Shown piece by piece: positions 1 through 15,900 of a DNA stretch of 64,000 nt. A program made the position numbers and the translations under genes. Position 1 is the first letter of the stretch; each line of letters begins with the position of its first letter. A model generated the notes under the pieces. That model made no database searches, had not been told where the DNA came from, and saw only the letters and a program-made list of their open reading frames with translations. Source of the stretch: Blastocystis sp. Blastoise (lineage: Eukaryota; Protista; Bigyra: Opalinata); assembly GCA_039096225.1 (NCBI GenBank), contig JBBPEB010000004.1, positions 1,240,001 to 1,304,000 of the forward strand. The letters run 5' to 3'.

Positions 1-195
1 AATCAATTCAAATAGATTAACAAGTTATAAAACAATAATTAGAATCAATATAATAGATATCATTAATATATATATATATATATAATTGTTAATAATGAAA
101 AAATGAGAAAATGATAAGCCAATGTATCTGTATTTGTATATCTCTAATATAAATAAATAAATAAAAACACGAGAAATCATAATTTATTATTCTTT

Positions 196-1740
196 TTATG
201 CTCTTCCCCAGACTTCATAATCTTCTACTGTAAAATAATTAGTAGAATCAGCATCATTTGTATTTACAAATAAAGCTGATTTTTTAAGAGTAATTACTTC
301 AGAGAAATAAGATGCTTTACAAGAAGAATTATTATTATTATGACAATCATTTGATATATAGATATCATGACCACCTCCAAAAGTTGGACCATATAAAGAA
401 CCACAATATGTTGCATAACCTTTAGTACTAGTATAATATATATATTTAGTAGGAGGAATACCATGTTCATTACTTAGCGTAAATAGAAACTCGTTAGAAT
501 AAGATTTTCAACCTATACAAGAAATATAGTGAATAATTAATTTAAAAAATAATTAAATAATAAATATACTATTTGAACTATCCCAATCTTGATTTGTATA
601 TCCTCCAAATATATTAATATGATTATTATGACCTATATGTTTAATTAGAGTCACTGTTTCTCCTTGATAATCACAATATCTATGAAATTCAACTGCAGAA
701 TAGTTATGTTCACTTGCTCTAAATAATAATTTCCATTTCTTTTCTTTACCAAGCCAATTCACCAAAGAGTTTTCAGCTGTTTGATCTAATATATATGAGT
801 GTGGAAATGAAATATTACTACACCATCCATTTTTTACACTATTTCTTCCTTTATCACCAAATAAACTATATATTTCATTCTCTAATAATTCTCTATTTAT
901 ATTCTTTGCTTCTTCTTCAGATATATAAATATAATTATATTGAATATATTCATCAATATGATCAATATATGTATAATTCATCTTCATATATAATTCATTC
1001 TTCTTTTCATCATAATCTACATATCCATCATCATAGTCATTAATAATATTATTCCAAAAATGATATTTCTTCCAGTAATCTCTTAATATATCATCTTTCT
1101 TATCATTTATATAAAGAATAACATCATCACCTTCTTTATATTGTATCATATTACGATCCATTCTATATATAGTCTTCACTAATTCTTCAGGAATAGGTAA
1201 TTCACAATATTCAAACATTTTTAATAAATCAACTTGATCACCAAAACTTAACTTATCAATATTAACTTTCTTATTCATTAAAGAATCAATCAATAAAGGA
1301 GCTACTGTTTCATCATAAGGATAATCTAAATAAGCTTCACCGTCAACAGTTTTTTGATCATTTTGACATTGTTCATATAAATATGTTCCTACTAAACTAT
1401 TTGTTATTCTTTTAGGAAGAGAATAAACTGGACCATTACTGGTAAATCGAATATAATCAATTCCATTATCATTATTATTCATATTTAAATCACTTTCATG
1501 AACATATGAAGATTCTTGGATAATTATATGTGAATCCTCACCATTCTTATCATTCATTCCTTCACAATTTCTTGTTAATCGATTCACTAATTCATTCACG
1601 GACTCACCTGAATGAATACAAAAACTTATTGACTTACTTAAAATACCAATCAAATCACAAATCAGTCTTTCAAAATGAATTACATCCTTCTGAATATCAC
1701 CAATCTTATTCGCATCAAATCCTACCTTCTCTTTCACCAT
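196..1740 (-). CDS. BTB/POZ-like + C-terminal TLDc domain protein, 2 exons (1740-570, 512-196); in-frame TGA at 510-508, possible pseudogene
   Basis: TLDc motifs KWKLLFRASEH..EFHRYCD..GETVTLIK..IFGGYT.QDW. A GT-AG intron 569-513 joins to KSYSNEFLFTLSNEHGIPPTKY...YGPTFGGGHDIYISNDC...FTVEDYEVWGRA*. N-terminal half resembles KCTD-type BTB (..GEAYLDYP..). Confidence 0.85.
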
Positions 1741-3051
1741 TCTTAACAATAAAAGGAATAAAAGAAAAATGAAAACTTTGTTGAATCAAAATTATGAAAC
1801 TGTATTCTTTTATAGCGTAAAAATTTAAAAAAATCGTAAATGTTTTTAACCACTTTTATTTTATCAATTTATAATTATTTTCATTTAATAGCTTTCATTT
1901 TAAAATAAATCATGATTTTAATTTATTTTGTTATTCATTTTTTAAATCTCTTTATTATTCATTTAAGTTCCATTTTTAATAAGATTATTAAATCATAATA
2001 TTTATAAATTGTGTGATTTACAAAAATAGCATTAAAATAGATTACAATAAGCAACTCATTGTCATTCTTTATTTCATTAGCTATAGTAGTAAGTCTGTTC
2101 TATATTTATGATTAATTTAAGCATTCTTAATATTAATAATCTTCATGAATACTTTTTGAATATCTTCTTTTATTAGCATTTTGTGTCAAAGTTTCTTCAT
2201 ATGATCTATTTGAGCTTCAATTGATGTTTATTATTCTTTAAACAATTATTATTCGCATGAATCACCTATCTATATTATGATTGCCTTACTTCCTTTTATA
2301 ATCATTCCAATTATTTCCAGTTACTTCTTACATCAGTTGATGGAATTGCTGTGTGACAATTTTCACTGAGATTGGTGATCAAATGTGTATTTTTTAAATC
2401 TTAATTTTGTATTTTGGTTTATATAAAGTCAAGTATAGTTTAAATCAAAGTAGCATTCAGTTATTGTCAAGACAACTCTCTTAAAAGCGATAGAATAATT
2501 TGATTATTACAAATTACTTTTGTATATATTATTTCCAATGTTTCAATACAATCAAGAATTAAAATATATATATAAAACCATAATTTTGACTCTAAATACA
2601 TACTAATAATAACCATTTTGTTCACATTTATTATCTATATTTAAAAGCCTACTATATGATGTTTAGAAACTTATACATTCAACTAAATATATAAAATAAA
2701 AAAACAATTATGATATTATATATATATTTTTAAAGTTTCACGCCTATCTATGTGTTTATATTTCATTATTAAGTGTTTATGATAATATTGGAAAAATATT
2801 TAATTTATGCTTTTACATAAAACAATGGATAATGAATAGAAAAATAATTGATTTGATAATTTACACTTATAAAAAGATCTCTTTGGAATTGTGAGTATAT
2901 ATAAGTATTATATAATATAAGCAAGACCATATTAATAGTATTTCATCAATAATATAAAAATATACCATTTAAATATAATGTCTAAAAAAGTTCATAATAA
3001 TTAATATATATATATAATAAATATAAATAAAAACGTAATTAATGAAAAAAA

Positions 3052-6000
3052 TTAGAGTTTTAAAAGTTTATAACGTAAATGATTGTTTTGTATAAATGGC
3101 GAGTCTTTTAATTGTTGCTTGCATGTATTAATTAATTGTTCAGAAATATTGAAATCTAAATATAGATATAATAATGATATAATAAATATATATATACTAC
3201 AAATAAAAAGAAACTCTTTCAATTTTGGAATCTTTTGAGTAGTAACAATATCAATGATTTTTGTAAGTAATTCAGTTTCATAAAAGTCTATATATAGAAT
3301 ATAGAATTACTATATACTAAATAATAAATATACATATCTTCAAAGATTTCAAATCTTGAACTTTATTTTCTTTAATACAATCTAATAATATAGCTATCTG
3401 ATACTTAGATACATCTTCATCTATATATTTATATTTTAATTTAATTAAAAACTTCATTATTATAAATATAAATATAAATTATATATATACTATTGTCAAT
3501 AATAATAGATTCCATTGGTGTCATCAAAGAATATTTGCATTGAAGAATGGAATAACTTGGATTATAACATATATTATCTAAATTTATTATAGAATATATA
3601 ATTGATATTTATAGCAAATGAATTTTATATATATCTATTTCATAAAATACCATTTAATGAAACTGTAGTTGAAGATAAAAAGCTGTCTTTTCTTAAACAT
3701 AAGCATAAAGTTTCCATAAAAGGTTCAAATGATATTTTACTACATGCTATATATATATTATTGTTAATACTTAAGTAAATAATATATATCTTAATCTATC
3801 AAACACAAAATTCTTATAGATATATACAGATATCAATATTCTTTAATTGTGGAAAATTACTCTTTGTATATAGTTCAAAAAAGGAACTAATTGAAAAATT
3901 ACGTAATTCTATAATGAATTTCATTATATTTATCAATAATAACAATAGAAATCTTTATAATAATAATAATCATATATATTTATTATACCTAGTTTTAATT
4001 GTGCCGTATTATGAAAATAGCCATTCTCTATTAAACCTTCAATAATATTATAATGGGGTATCCCTTTATATATAAAGTAATTATAATATGATACAAATTT
4101 AAATACCGTTTAGAGACACATCAGAGGATTTAGGAATGATTTTTTTAAGAATATCTTGAATCAATGAGAAATATTCGGATGATGACTCTGAACCTATTTG
4201 TTTTACTATATATATATAAAAAATATTATTAATTTATATACAATTAACATTCAATTCGTTACATCCTATTGTATTATGATTAAAAAGATTACTTATCCAT
4301 CTTAGTTTTCTCGTACATATTTGTTCTACTATATCAAAGTAAGAATTATTCTAATTCTAATAATAATACTAAAAATAACATACGTTCAAAAGAAAAACTA
4401 TCTAAATGATCTAATGAGCTACTTTCAAACAGTAATTCTAAATCATCTTCCATGTCATCACCAATAGGTGTATCGTGAACTTCTTCATATTCTTCATAGT
4501 CACTAGTTATTTCTTCATTGTCACTAGTTATTGCTTCAAATTCATCAAGTCCATTTCTTTCTCTATATTCAATATCATAATCATCATCTCTTGTCCATAT
4601 ATCTATGTATAATATAAAAAAGAAGTATATACATATACATTGAAAAATAATATTAAATGTCTTTAACTTTTGATTCTCTGCATATTTATAATACTCTAAC
4701 AAGCTATCATAATAATATTCCTTACAAGCATTTACTTTAAAAATAATATATAATAAATATAGAAATAATATAATATAATATAGAAAAGAATATACCTTCA
4801 AGATCATCAGGCAAAGAAATTATGTTCTTTTCTAATAGTTCTTCACGATGAGATAAATCATCTATGTTATCATCTATATAATTATATATATAACATCATA
4901 TATCGAGATTAAAGAATTATTAACATTAAAAAAAAACATAAATAGTATATTTTGTAAAACTTAATATACAGAGTCCATCAATATGAATAGAATGATTAAA
5001 AGCTAAATCATCTAAAAATGGAGTTACACTCTCTAAACGTTCATCATAATCATCCAATATAATAGTATCAATCATAGATATGAATCTCTCTGGAAACAAA
5101 TTCTGTAAATCAGATTCATCTAGAATATATTAGTTCTATATTTGAAATAATTGTTATTATATAATTATACCAAAATTTACACCATAATGAATTATATGAA
5201 GTCCAGGAAATCTTTCTTTATTGACTAACGACATTGACATAAATTCTATATATTATATATACATTATATATATATATATATATACTATCACGATCATCAT
5301 ATATAAATTTAGTGACATTAGGAAAAATATGTTTTTGTATCCATTTATTATCCTCTAGCATTTCTAAAACTTTAATATATATAATTATTTATTAATGAAT
5401 ATAAATAAAAATACACCATAGAGCATTTATAGTTTTGATAGAATCAAAAACACCATTTTCAAATGCATTCACAATAGGAATAGTAAACCGTTTTTGAATA
5501 GACTTATCTACATAATAGTTATTCTAATTAAAAATATATAAATTCAAATACAACCAGATATATTTATTTCTGAAATAGAAGAATATAAAGGAACACTTAA
5601 TAGTTGAGTTATACCATACTCAGAATTCAGTTCATAAATACTACTCATAACAAATTATTAATAATTAAATGATATACATACTATAATGTTTCACTTCCTG
5701 TTTTAACTATAAAAAGAAATATTAATAAACTATTACAAAAATACATACTATCATATTCGATACCAATTTTATTCATAAGTATATAACTATCATTATTTTG
5801 AGATCTTTCTATTTGTGAAAAGTCATTTACATATAAAGTTTCATCAATATTACATTTATATAATTTAGGCAAAGCATTCATTTTTACTCTTTCAAAATAA
5901 GAATCTAATTTATAATTTTGTGATTCAGCAACAGTCTTATTAAAAGGAGAAACTTCATTATATCGTTTCATTTCAGATTTCATGTAATATTCATAAGTCT

Positions 6001-7003
6001 CATTATTTTTCATTTTATATCCATATTTATTACAAAATACAGTGTATTCTTTCAAATACTCCTCGGTATTTGGATTCAATAATTCATCACTTTTATTATA
6101 ATGTATAGTTACTATATATTTATATATTTATATATTATTATATTATTATATTATTATATTTATATTTTTATATATTTATATATTATTATATTTATATATT
6201 TATATATTTATATATTTATATATTTATATATTTATATACTAGAAATTGTTAATTTTCTTAATGAAGGAAATATATCTTTAATACATGATGGACATATATA
6301 TTCTAATGGAATATTCGAGGCATATTCATCTATATTTTATAAATACCATTAGTATTATAATAAGTATATATATAAATACAATTTATATCTACTTGTGTAA
6401 TATTCATCATTTTAATAAGAAGCGAATAATAGAATAATAATTCCTTTTGTAAAGAAGTAATTAATCCTATATATATTTAGTTTTTCTTTAAATAGTAATA
6501 TAATTACCATTAATAAAAAGAATTTTAGTTTCTGAATTAAATACTTCCATAGGAATAGTTAATTGATGATTCTTTTTTTTATTGCCATATATAGCATAAT
6601 GATTCGCTTTCAAATAGTCAATAAATAATTCTTCAACATGAAATAATAAATCACTTTGAATTTCTTTATCAAGTGTAACTGAATATTCAAAAAGTGTTCT
6701 ATATATATCATAACTATCTCGTAGATTTAAAGAAGAAATATCTATATTTTTATCATTAAACAAAGAAATCACCTTCTCAATGTTTAATGAAGGTATATCT
6801 ATATAATAACTACCATCCTCATATTTATCTGAGTGTTGAATAATATCATGAAAGGGTAATTCATGATATTTTTCAATTAATTCTCTAGAAATCCATAATT
6901 GCGTTTCATCCTGAAACGTAAACAAATCTAAAAACATATAAATTAGTTGTAATCATACTCACATACATTTATCTTCTGCTAATATTGACTTGTTTTCTGA
7001 CAT
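3052..7003 (-). CDS. Multi-exon protein of unknown function; BTB-like N-terminus and LRR-like (FPxLxxI) segments
   Basis: ATG at 7003 (MSENKSILAEDK) splices via GT-AG to LFTFQDETQLWISRELIEKY..DGSYYIDIPS. ORF pieces 6488-6937, 5681-6079 and 4346-4807 are exon fragments separated by short AT-rich introns. Last exon ends ..NHLRYKLLKL* at 3052. Not every junction was checked. Confidence 0.7.
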
Positions 7004-9967
7004 CACTTGAATTCAACTATAAAAATAACATAATTATAAAGTGTTTTGCTTTATAAACAAATTTCTATATAATATATTCAATAAATACTTTAAAAAGAGT
7101 TGTATCCTAGAATAAAAATAATAAATTAATGAAAGCAAGGAAAATTAAAACTTGCAAATTTTTAGAAAAGATATATATGGAATTACTCTTAGTTACTAAT
7201 TGATATTAAGTGCAATTATATAGCATTTCAAAGTGAATGAACAAGTATCAAGAAAGAATCACGATTATATCGTTTTTTATAGCGAGAAAATTTAAAAATG
7301 AAAAATATTATTTCTTTTAAATCTTTTTTAATCATTTTATATCGTTAAAAAAACTTATTCAATTCAATATAGTTGAATATGTTAGTTAAAATACATAAAG
7401 AACATGGATATACTCAAAGAATTTATTATTATAATCAAAAAAAGAAATACAAGAATCAAAATTACTAAATAAACATAAATGAACGTATTATTGGCTGCTT
7501 TAATCAAATGTTAACAAAGTATATTTCAAATAAAAGTCAAATATTCACAATTCTTTAACAAATTATTTTCAAAATCCTATATTGATCTTCATGAGCAGCT
7601 ATTTAAGAAGTCTGTGATGATTTATTATATTTTGAGATGTCAATTATTTAATCTTTACTGGAGTTTCAACAAGAAAGAAACAATTAACAGTGATTCTCCG
7701 CTTGTTTTTGAAATAATAGCAATATTATATTCTATAAAGTTATAAAAACCTATTCTATCACATTTCTGTATATTATAACATGAATATACCTTATGTATAC
7801 CAATTGAAACAAGCAATTCATCTTTATTTCCTGATATGCATTCTATTTACATCATTATTATATATATATAAATTAATATTTATCAAGAATCTATTCATGT
7901 ACATGGATTGAAAATAGTTGAAGAGTATGAAACTGATTCATCTACTGAATTCTCTACAAGCATTTCATTGCTACTCTTTATTGTATAAAGTATTTTGAAG
8001 AAATAGTTCACATTATTAAATACATAAAGATCCTCTTCATATAATAAATCATTTATCAATCTATGAGTTTATATTTCTTTATGACACTGATATTGATATG
8101 TAAAGACTTTTCAAATATATTTTTATAAATAATCAATTTTGATGTTTTTTCATCGTTATTCTTTATTATTTCTTATTATACATATTCAATATATTGTGAA
8201 TAACTTTTATTTTTAACTCATTTAAAAGAAAAATATACTCATCTTTGAGAATCAGTGATTTTTATGTATTCATTTTAATCAAATAAACAAGTTAATAAGT
8301 AGATAGAATAGAATAATACATTTATAAATGATTTAATACATTTTATCATTCAAAAATAAAGAAAAATAAATTATTATAAGAAAAGTTTCATAAAATTTAC
8401 AAAATATTTTTAATACAATTTTATAAACTATTATTTTTATCATTTCCTCTTTTAATCCTATAAAATTCATTTATGTATATCTCTAATATTGATAAACATC
8501 ATATAACAATGTATACTCAAAATTGACAACATTATTGAAATGGAATCACTACAATTGTCTTTATTATGTTTTTTAAAATCTACTAGTGAAGAATACACAT
8601 AAAATACTCATTAGAAAATAATAAATTATATAATTATATTCCATATTCATAGAATAAAATGAAAAATAAAAATTGATAGCCAAAGTATTTTGCAAAAAGC
8701 AACGAATACAAATGAATGAAGAGTTTCTGAATATCGTTTGCTGATTTATGGGAAAAGTCGTATTGACATAAGATAGCAATCTTTTTATATAGAAAAATAA
8801 AGCAAATTTTACTATTTTTTATGACTCGTTTTGATAACATAGCTTATAAAGAATATCTTATTTAAAAACTAGGTAAATAGCGAGAGACTCTTAGAAGAAT
8901 TCTTTGTTTATTGACTCCAATAGGTTTTCATCGTTTTTAGACTTGACTGTAGACACTGTAGAATTCTCTCTTGACTAATAAGATCACTTTTACTGATTTG
9001 TTGGGAAATACCGAAACTGTAGCTATAACGATTTTTATACTATTATCAAAACAGTTGAATTAGCAACTTTTTTACAATCAGTCAATTTATGTATAATACA
9101 AGAGAAATAGCGGTAAAATACCAGAGTTTCTATTCATTGATATTCTATATAGACATTCTAATAATTGTGTTTCTTTCCCGACTTGAGTTATCAGTTTTAT
9201 GATATCTGCTAATTGTTCATATCATTATGTAAATTGATGGAAAGAAACGATAAAGGAAAAAAAGAAGAAAAATTGGTAGAAATACACAAAAAATATTATA
9301 TTGCAAGTTATGGAGAAGAGTAGTACAATTATGGGAAAAGACGATTCTATTGTTTTCTTCATTTTTTAATATGATAAGATGAATTATAAAGTATTGAATG
9401 GCTTTAAAGTGAACTGTAAAATGTATAGATGCTATATTATTCATATGATTAAGATTTATGATAATCATTCAGTTTTCTTAACAATAATTATCATTAAAAT
9501 GAGTTAATTGACTTCAAATAATATGTAAAATGTTTTAAATAATACAATAAATCAAAAATAATTCAATAAAACAAACAATTAAAAAGTAAAATTGACTTAA
9601 AAGACTTTTCTCTTATTTAATTACTATAATACTATCTAATCTATCACATAAACTTTTATATACTCATCACAATACTCATCTAACTAAAATATTAATTGAT
9701 TTATTTCAAAATTAAATAAATAATTTTTAAATTCATATAATAAGCAACAAATAACAGAATCATTCAAATATAAAATCTTCTAACACTATAAATAGCACAT
9801 CACCTCCATAACAACAAAGAAATCAAAGAAAATTCAAACAAACTCATTTTAAACAACAAGAATTATTTTCTCACTGAGATTCTAACAAATAATTAAGAGA
9901 ATCTTCTTATTCTCAAAACACTTTTGTTTCTTTCTGATAATTCATCTTATAATTCTTATTTAATTAA

Positions 9968-12900
9968 ATGAGAATATTTTATCTACTCTTATTCATCTAT
10001 ACTACATGTTTAGCAGTTAATTCTGAAAAGAAATTAGGTTTGTTTTTTCAATTCTCTTAATTCCATAATATTTCACATAATTGAATAGGTAAATCAAGAG
10101 AATTGCCTGCACAAGACTGTATGATAAAACAAGGAGGTGATTATTATTTTGATTCTGAGTATGTTTGGATAGGAAAAGATCGTAATGAAGTTTATCTTGT
10201 ATGTAATGATACATAAATAGAATTCTAGAATCATTTATAAATTTATTTAGACTTATTGTTATCATTTTCAAGGTCAAATGTGGGAAATGTTTTATTCGAA
10301 TTCCAATAATGACTTTATAACAGATAAACGAAGTTATATAGAACATATATCGGATCCTACAGGCTTTAAGAACATAGAGAATAATTCATTCAGAGATTAC
10401 GACGTAATTGGTATGATTTTTATAATTTATTTGTTTCTAAAAATATAAAATTTATGATTATACTCATCATATTTATATATAAAAAATAAATATAAATTAA
10501 ATATTTCTATAGGTTCCCTTCCTATTTCGTTATTGCCAGGAACCTCGTTAAAGTTGTTAATATTGAATATAAATGGTTGGTCTGATGATGAATATTTCAT
10601 AATGACTTTTCAAAAGTATTCTACATTTAATGAATTCATAACAAATCAATGGCCTTATGAATCTTGTCAATCACTTCCTGGAGGTGAATATATTGAAATA
10701 CAAACAAAATCAGTCACTTATAAGTATATATATATATTATTAATTATTTATTTATTTATATAGAGTATATGCATTATATGTTGATGAGAAAGGATTTGGT
10801 ATTCGTGATTGTATTATTCATTATACAGATAATTTTATTACAAAACAACCTTCAAATTATCCGAAGTATATATATTTATATTTATTATTATATTATAAAT
10901 ATAGATATATATATTCAAATTTATATTCAAAAGAAAATAGAGTAGAAACAGTATGTGATAAAGTGAATGATTATGCTGATAATAATATTCGAATTTTTGT
11001 TGCTACTTCTCGTATATTTATATATATATATATAATGAATATAATTCTATATAGCTATAATATATACAATGAGTACCTATTATGATTATACTGCTGCAGG
11101 AGATGGATGTTGTTTCGTAGAGGATATTACTGATGATTTCCATAATAATGAAGTGATTTCTCGATTATGTTGTTTAGATCCCCAAGGGAATACTGACTTT
11201 CAGAAATGGGGAAGTTCTAAAGAAACTGGATTCGTTGAATCAGAACTCAATGATTATGATCTTCCTGTGTATATATATATATATATAATATTTTTTTTTA
11301 TTCTTTTTATAGTGCATCTATGAATTCTACATATGCTACATTCAATACATGGTTTACAGAAAGTAATAATTCTTATTCTTTCTCTTTTCCTCTTATTGGT
11401 ATTATGGGTACCAAAAACCTTCTTACTCTTAACTAGTATATATATATATATTCTATAATATTCTATACCTTCTAGTCCTACTTATTTTCCTTTAACAGAT
11501 GTAAAAGGAGGATATGCATTAAGTCCAATAGAAGAATATATTGGTAAGAAATGTTGGTTTACTATGAAAACAAATCTATTCTTCTTGTATATTATTATTA
11601 TTTTATATTTATATAATATTATTATTATTTATATAGATATGAGAATAGAACAGATCAATTTATAGATTTTGAAACCAATAATGGATTATGGGTGTTTATT
11701 AATAAACATTTATTTTTAGATTATGGAGGGTATTTATATTATATATTATTTATTATTATTATTTATATAGTTATAATACTCCAGTTGGTTCTCATATTAA
11801 TATAACGAATTATGCAGATAAATTAGGTCTTATTCCTGGAATCACCTATTCTATATCTATATTCTTTGCTTCTAGAACATGTGGAACTCAATCAAGTATA
11901 TATAATAATAATAAAAATAAAATAATATTATTCTATAGATTCTATATCTCGTTTTATAACTCAAACGAATTTGACATTTCTCTGTGATGCTCCTCTTCTC
12001 TCTAAAGTAGTTTCTATGATTATTGATAAAGAAGATACTACAACTATACCGAATATGAATAGTAGTATTAATCTCTCTGGAAATAGTTATAGTAGTACTT
12101 TAAATAGTGAAGGAGAAAATCCTTATTATTGTACAAGAGATTTCAAAAATATTCTTATTCAACAACAAGTATATACATATTTTATTATTATTATATATAT
12201 TTAGACTGTATCTCTTAATAAAACATCAATATTTGGATATCATATTTATATGTATGAAATACTTCAATTTAAATCAAATATCTATTTAGGTATATATTAT
12301 ATATATTATATTATATTATATAGAATCAATATCTCCATTTTGTATTCTTCTTCATCCTTATATACAATACTCTTCTTCTACTCCTGTAATAAACCCTGAT
12401 ATTCCCTATAATAATATTCTTCAATCTCGATGTTTCTCTCAAACTAATTCTTATGTATTCTTCTTTAATGAAAATAGTATATAAATATAATAATATTAAT
12501 AATAATAAATATATAGTTCTTCAAGTCTATTTACCTGGTGATACTCCTCCTACAATAAAATCTCCTTCTATAATTACTTCAGTATCCTATTCCTTCTATA
12601 ATAATGGACAATTAACTCTACAATTGATCTCTAGATATAATCAACTTCATCTCTATCTCTCTAATAAACATACTCTCAATATCAATCTTGTATTATTCTA
12701 TATATTATTATTATTATTATATTTATAGGATTCTGTCTCTCATTTATCATCAGGATATTATTTAGAAATTATTTCACCAGAACATGTATATATTAATAAT
12801 AATAATAATATAATTATATTGAATAGGGTATCCAATTGATATCTCCTACAGTATCAACGATTCCTTTGACTTCTACTACTATTACTCCTTCTGAATATCC

Positions 12901-15900
12901 TCTCTTCTTCACGAGTACTGCAGGATCTATATATCCACTTCAATTATTCCTTAATAGTCGATGTGGACAAATACCTATAGATATCGATCTCGAACAACGA
13001 ATTAAAGTCACTTTTATTAGTGATCGAAAGGGTATATTTATTATTATATATATTTATTATTATTCTATATATATATAGTTCCATCTCTTCCTACATATAC
13101 CTTCTCCTATCTTTCTTCTTCTTCTCTTTATTTATATTTAAAAGCTATCTATGTAGCTATATATGATATTTATATAACAGTAGATGGTATTCCTATTCAT
13201 TATTCTCCATTTTTATCTGCATGGACAGTAACTCATGGTTCTCTTCTTCCTTCAAATACTATTTTTATACCACCAAATAAAACTACTACTGTTGGTATTA
13301 TTCGTATATATTTATTTTATTTATATAATAATATATATATATATATAGATGATTTTGAAATATATTTTCGTGATGAATATAATAATACAGTTCCTACAAC
13401 ATTATTTACAGGAACAATTCTATTAAATACAGATCAATCTTATTTCTTTACTTCAAAAGAAGGTATTTTATATATTTATTATTATTATATATATATAGAT
13501 CCATTACATGAAAAATTAATATATCAATTTGTTTCTTATACTTCAGAATCTGTTTATTTTAGATGGATGTATATTTATATAATTATAAATAAATTTATAA
13601 TAATATTTTTATAGTGTGAATGGTTTATCTGTGATTAATACTCCATTCCAATTATCAGTATATAGTGATGTTCCTTCTTATCTCTACTCTTCTATCTCTA
13701 CTATCTATTCAATTATTCCTTTATATAGAAGTGTTGATGTATATATATAATAATAATAAAAATAATAATATTATTATATATATAGTTTACATTAATAGTA
13801 AGAGATCGTTATTATAATTTAGTGAATCAGAATAATTTTATAATAAAATTATATGTAACATCTTCAGAAGGATTTGATATTCCTTTATTTCCAGGGGAAT
13901 CCGATCAATTCTTTAGTTATAGAATCACTATGGATTCTACTTCACAATATACATTATCCATTCGTTTCTTTCGTGAGATTTCTAATGGTCATTTATATGT
14001 ACGTCTTCTCAACCAAGAAGAAGAAGATATTGATAAGATTAATTCTTATATATATTGTACTATTCAAAGTAGAATTAGTCCTAATGATTGCTCTAAAACT
14101 GAAATCTATATATCCTTTTTATATTTTATTTTATATTATATTATATTCTCTTAATAATAATATTATATATTTTTCTTAATTCTATTTTTTACAGTCCTAT
14201 TAGTTTTGCAGGTACATTAACGTATATGTATATATATACAAGAGATATATATGATGATGGATATTGTTTAGATAATCGAAGAGATAAATATAAAGTGTAT
14301 ATTAAAGGTGATGGAGATGTATATATATATTTATTTAATAATATTATTATATATAGTATACTCAGAAATCTTTTTATTCATTTTCAACATCTCCTTCTCT
14401 TGATATATATACACAAGAATATCAATATACTTCTATTTGTCCTCTTTATACATTTATTCAATTACCTTCAAAAGTTAGAAATATAACTGTGAAAATAGAT
14501 TGTTTATCTGAAGATAATATTTGGTCCTCTTTAGAATGGAATATCACTTCTATACCTTCTACTGAAATGTATATTAATTATTATTATTCTCTTATATATA
14601 TATATATAGTACATCTACAATGAAAGTAACTCATGATTCTCTTTATACTGCTGGTGATATTATTCCTATAGACATTAAATTCTTTGATATGTAATTATTT
14701 TATTATTCTTTATTTATATATATATTATTTATAGATATAATAATTCAGTAATTAATTTACAAAGTGTATATAAAATATGTGATTATAGTTATGTAGAAGG
14801 TATATATATAATATATATAATTTTAATTTAATTTTATATAGATCGAAATACTTATTATGATGTTATGAATCCAGATTCAATAAGTCTTCTTAGTACATGT
14901 TCTATACCTGCTAAAGTATCAGGATTCCATAAGATTTCATTGATTACATTAGTTTATGGAAATATCTATGATTCTTATCTAAGTATATATATTTATAATA
15001 TATATATATTATCTATAATAGCTGTTGTTCCTGGTACTCTTTATATTGCTCATACTGATATTCATGGGACTGGAATTGAATTTGTTTCTTATTGTGATTC
15101 TACTAATATTTCTATTTGTGGAGATATCTATATGAATTTAAAAGTATTTATTTATTATTATTATTATTGTTATATATTTATAATAGGATGAATATTTTAA
15201 TTCATTGAATGCTACATATTATATTGAAGAAGGTGGATATTCAAAAGAAGATCCTTCTTTTTCTATATATAATCATGAAGGAGAATATATTGATATAGAT
15301 ATTCGACGAGCTGATACTTTAGAAGATACTCCTTTCACTGTAGATAAACATATTTTAAATAATACGTATATTTAATATTATTATTTATTATTTATTTTAT
15401 AGTATTCATATTCATTATATTGTTGAAATGTCTTCTATTATTGGTCTTACTGAATCAGAATATCCTTATTTATATATACGTCTATTCTTTCAAAATAAAC
15501 AAGATAATCTATTCTCTAAAGATATTCCTGTTACTCTATCTTCTCTTCCTTATTCTTTATTCATGTATATATATTTTTTATTATTTTTTTATATATCTGT
15601 ATAGATTAACGTCTCCTCTTAAATTTCATGTATCATCGATATTAAATGCTAATTTAGAAACTGATCCATTCTTTTCATTTCAAATATTTGATGAAAATCA
15701 ACATATTATTACGGGTCAACAATCTAATCTTAAATGGTATTCTATTATTATTTTATAAATATAAATATATATATAGGATAAATATAGATGAAGATTATTA
15801 TGATGGAATCATGTATATAGTTGAAACTACATCACTTGGTACTTATAAATATCCTTTTATATATATATATATTAATAATAATAATTAAATACTATTATTT

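Noticed and set aside
7600-9470. Short ORFs and exon-like patches between the second and third genes (also 2050-2600)
   Set aside because: Could not assemble a spliced frame or recognise a motif; may be gene relics but unsupported.
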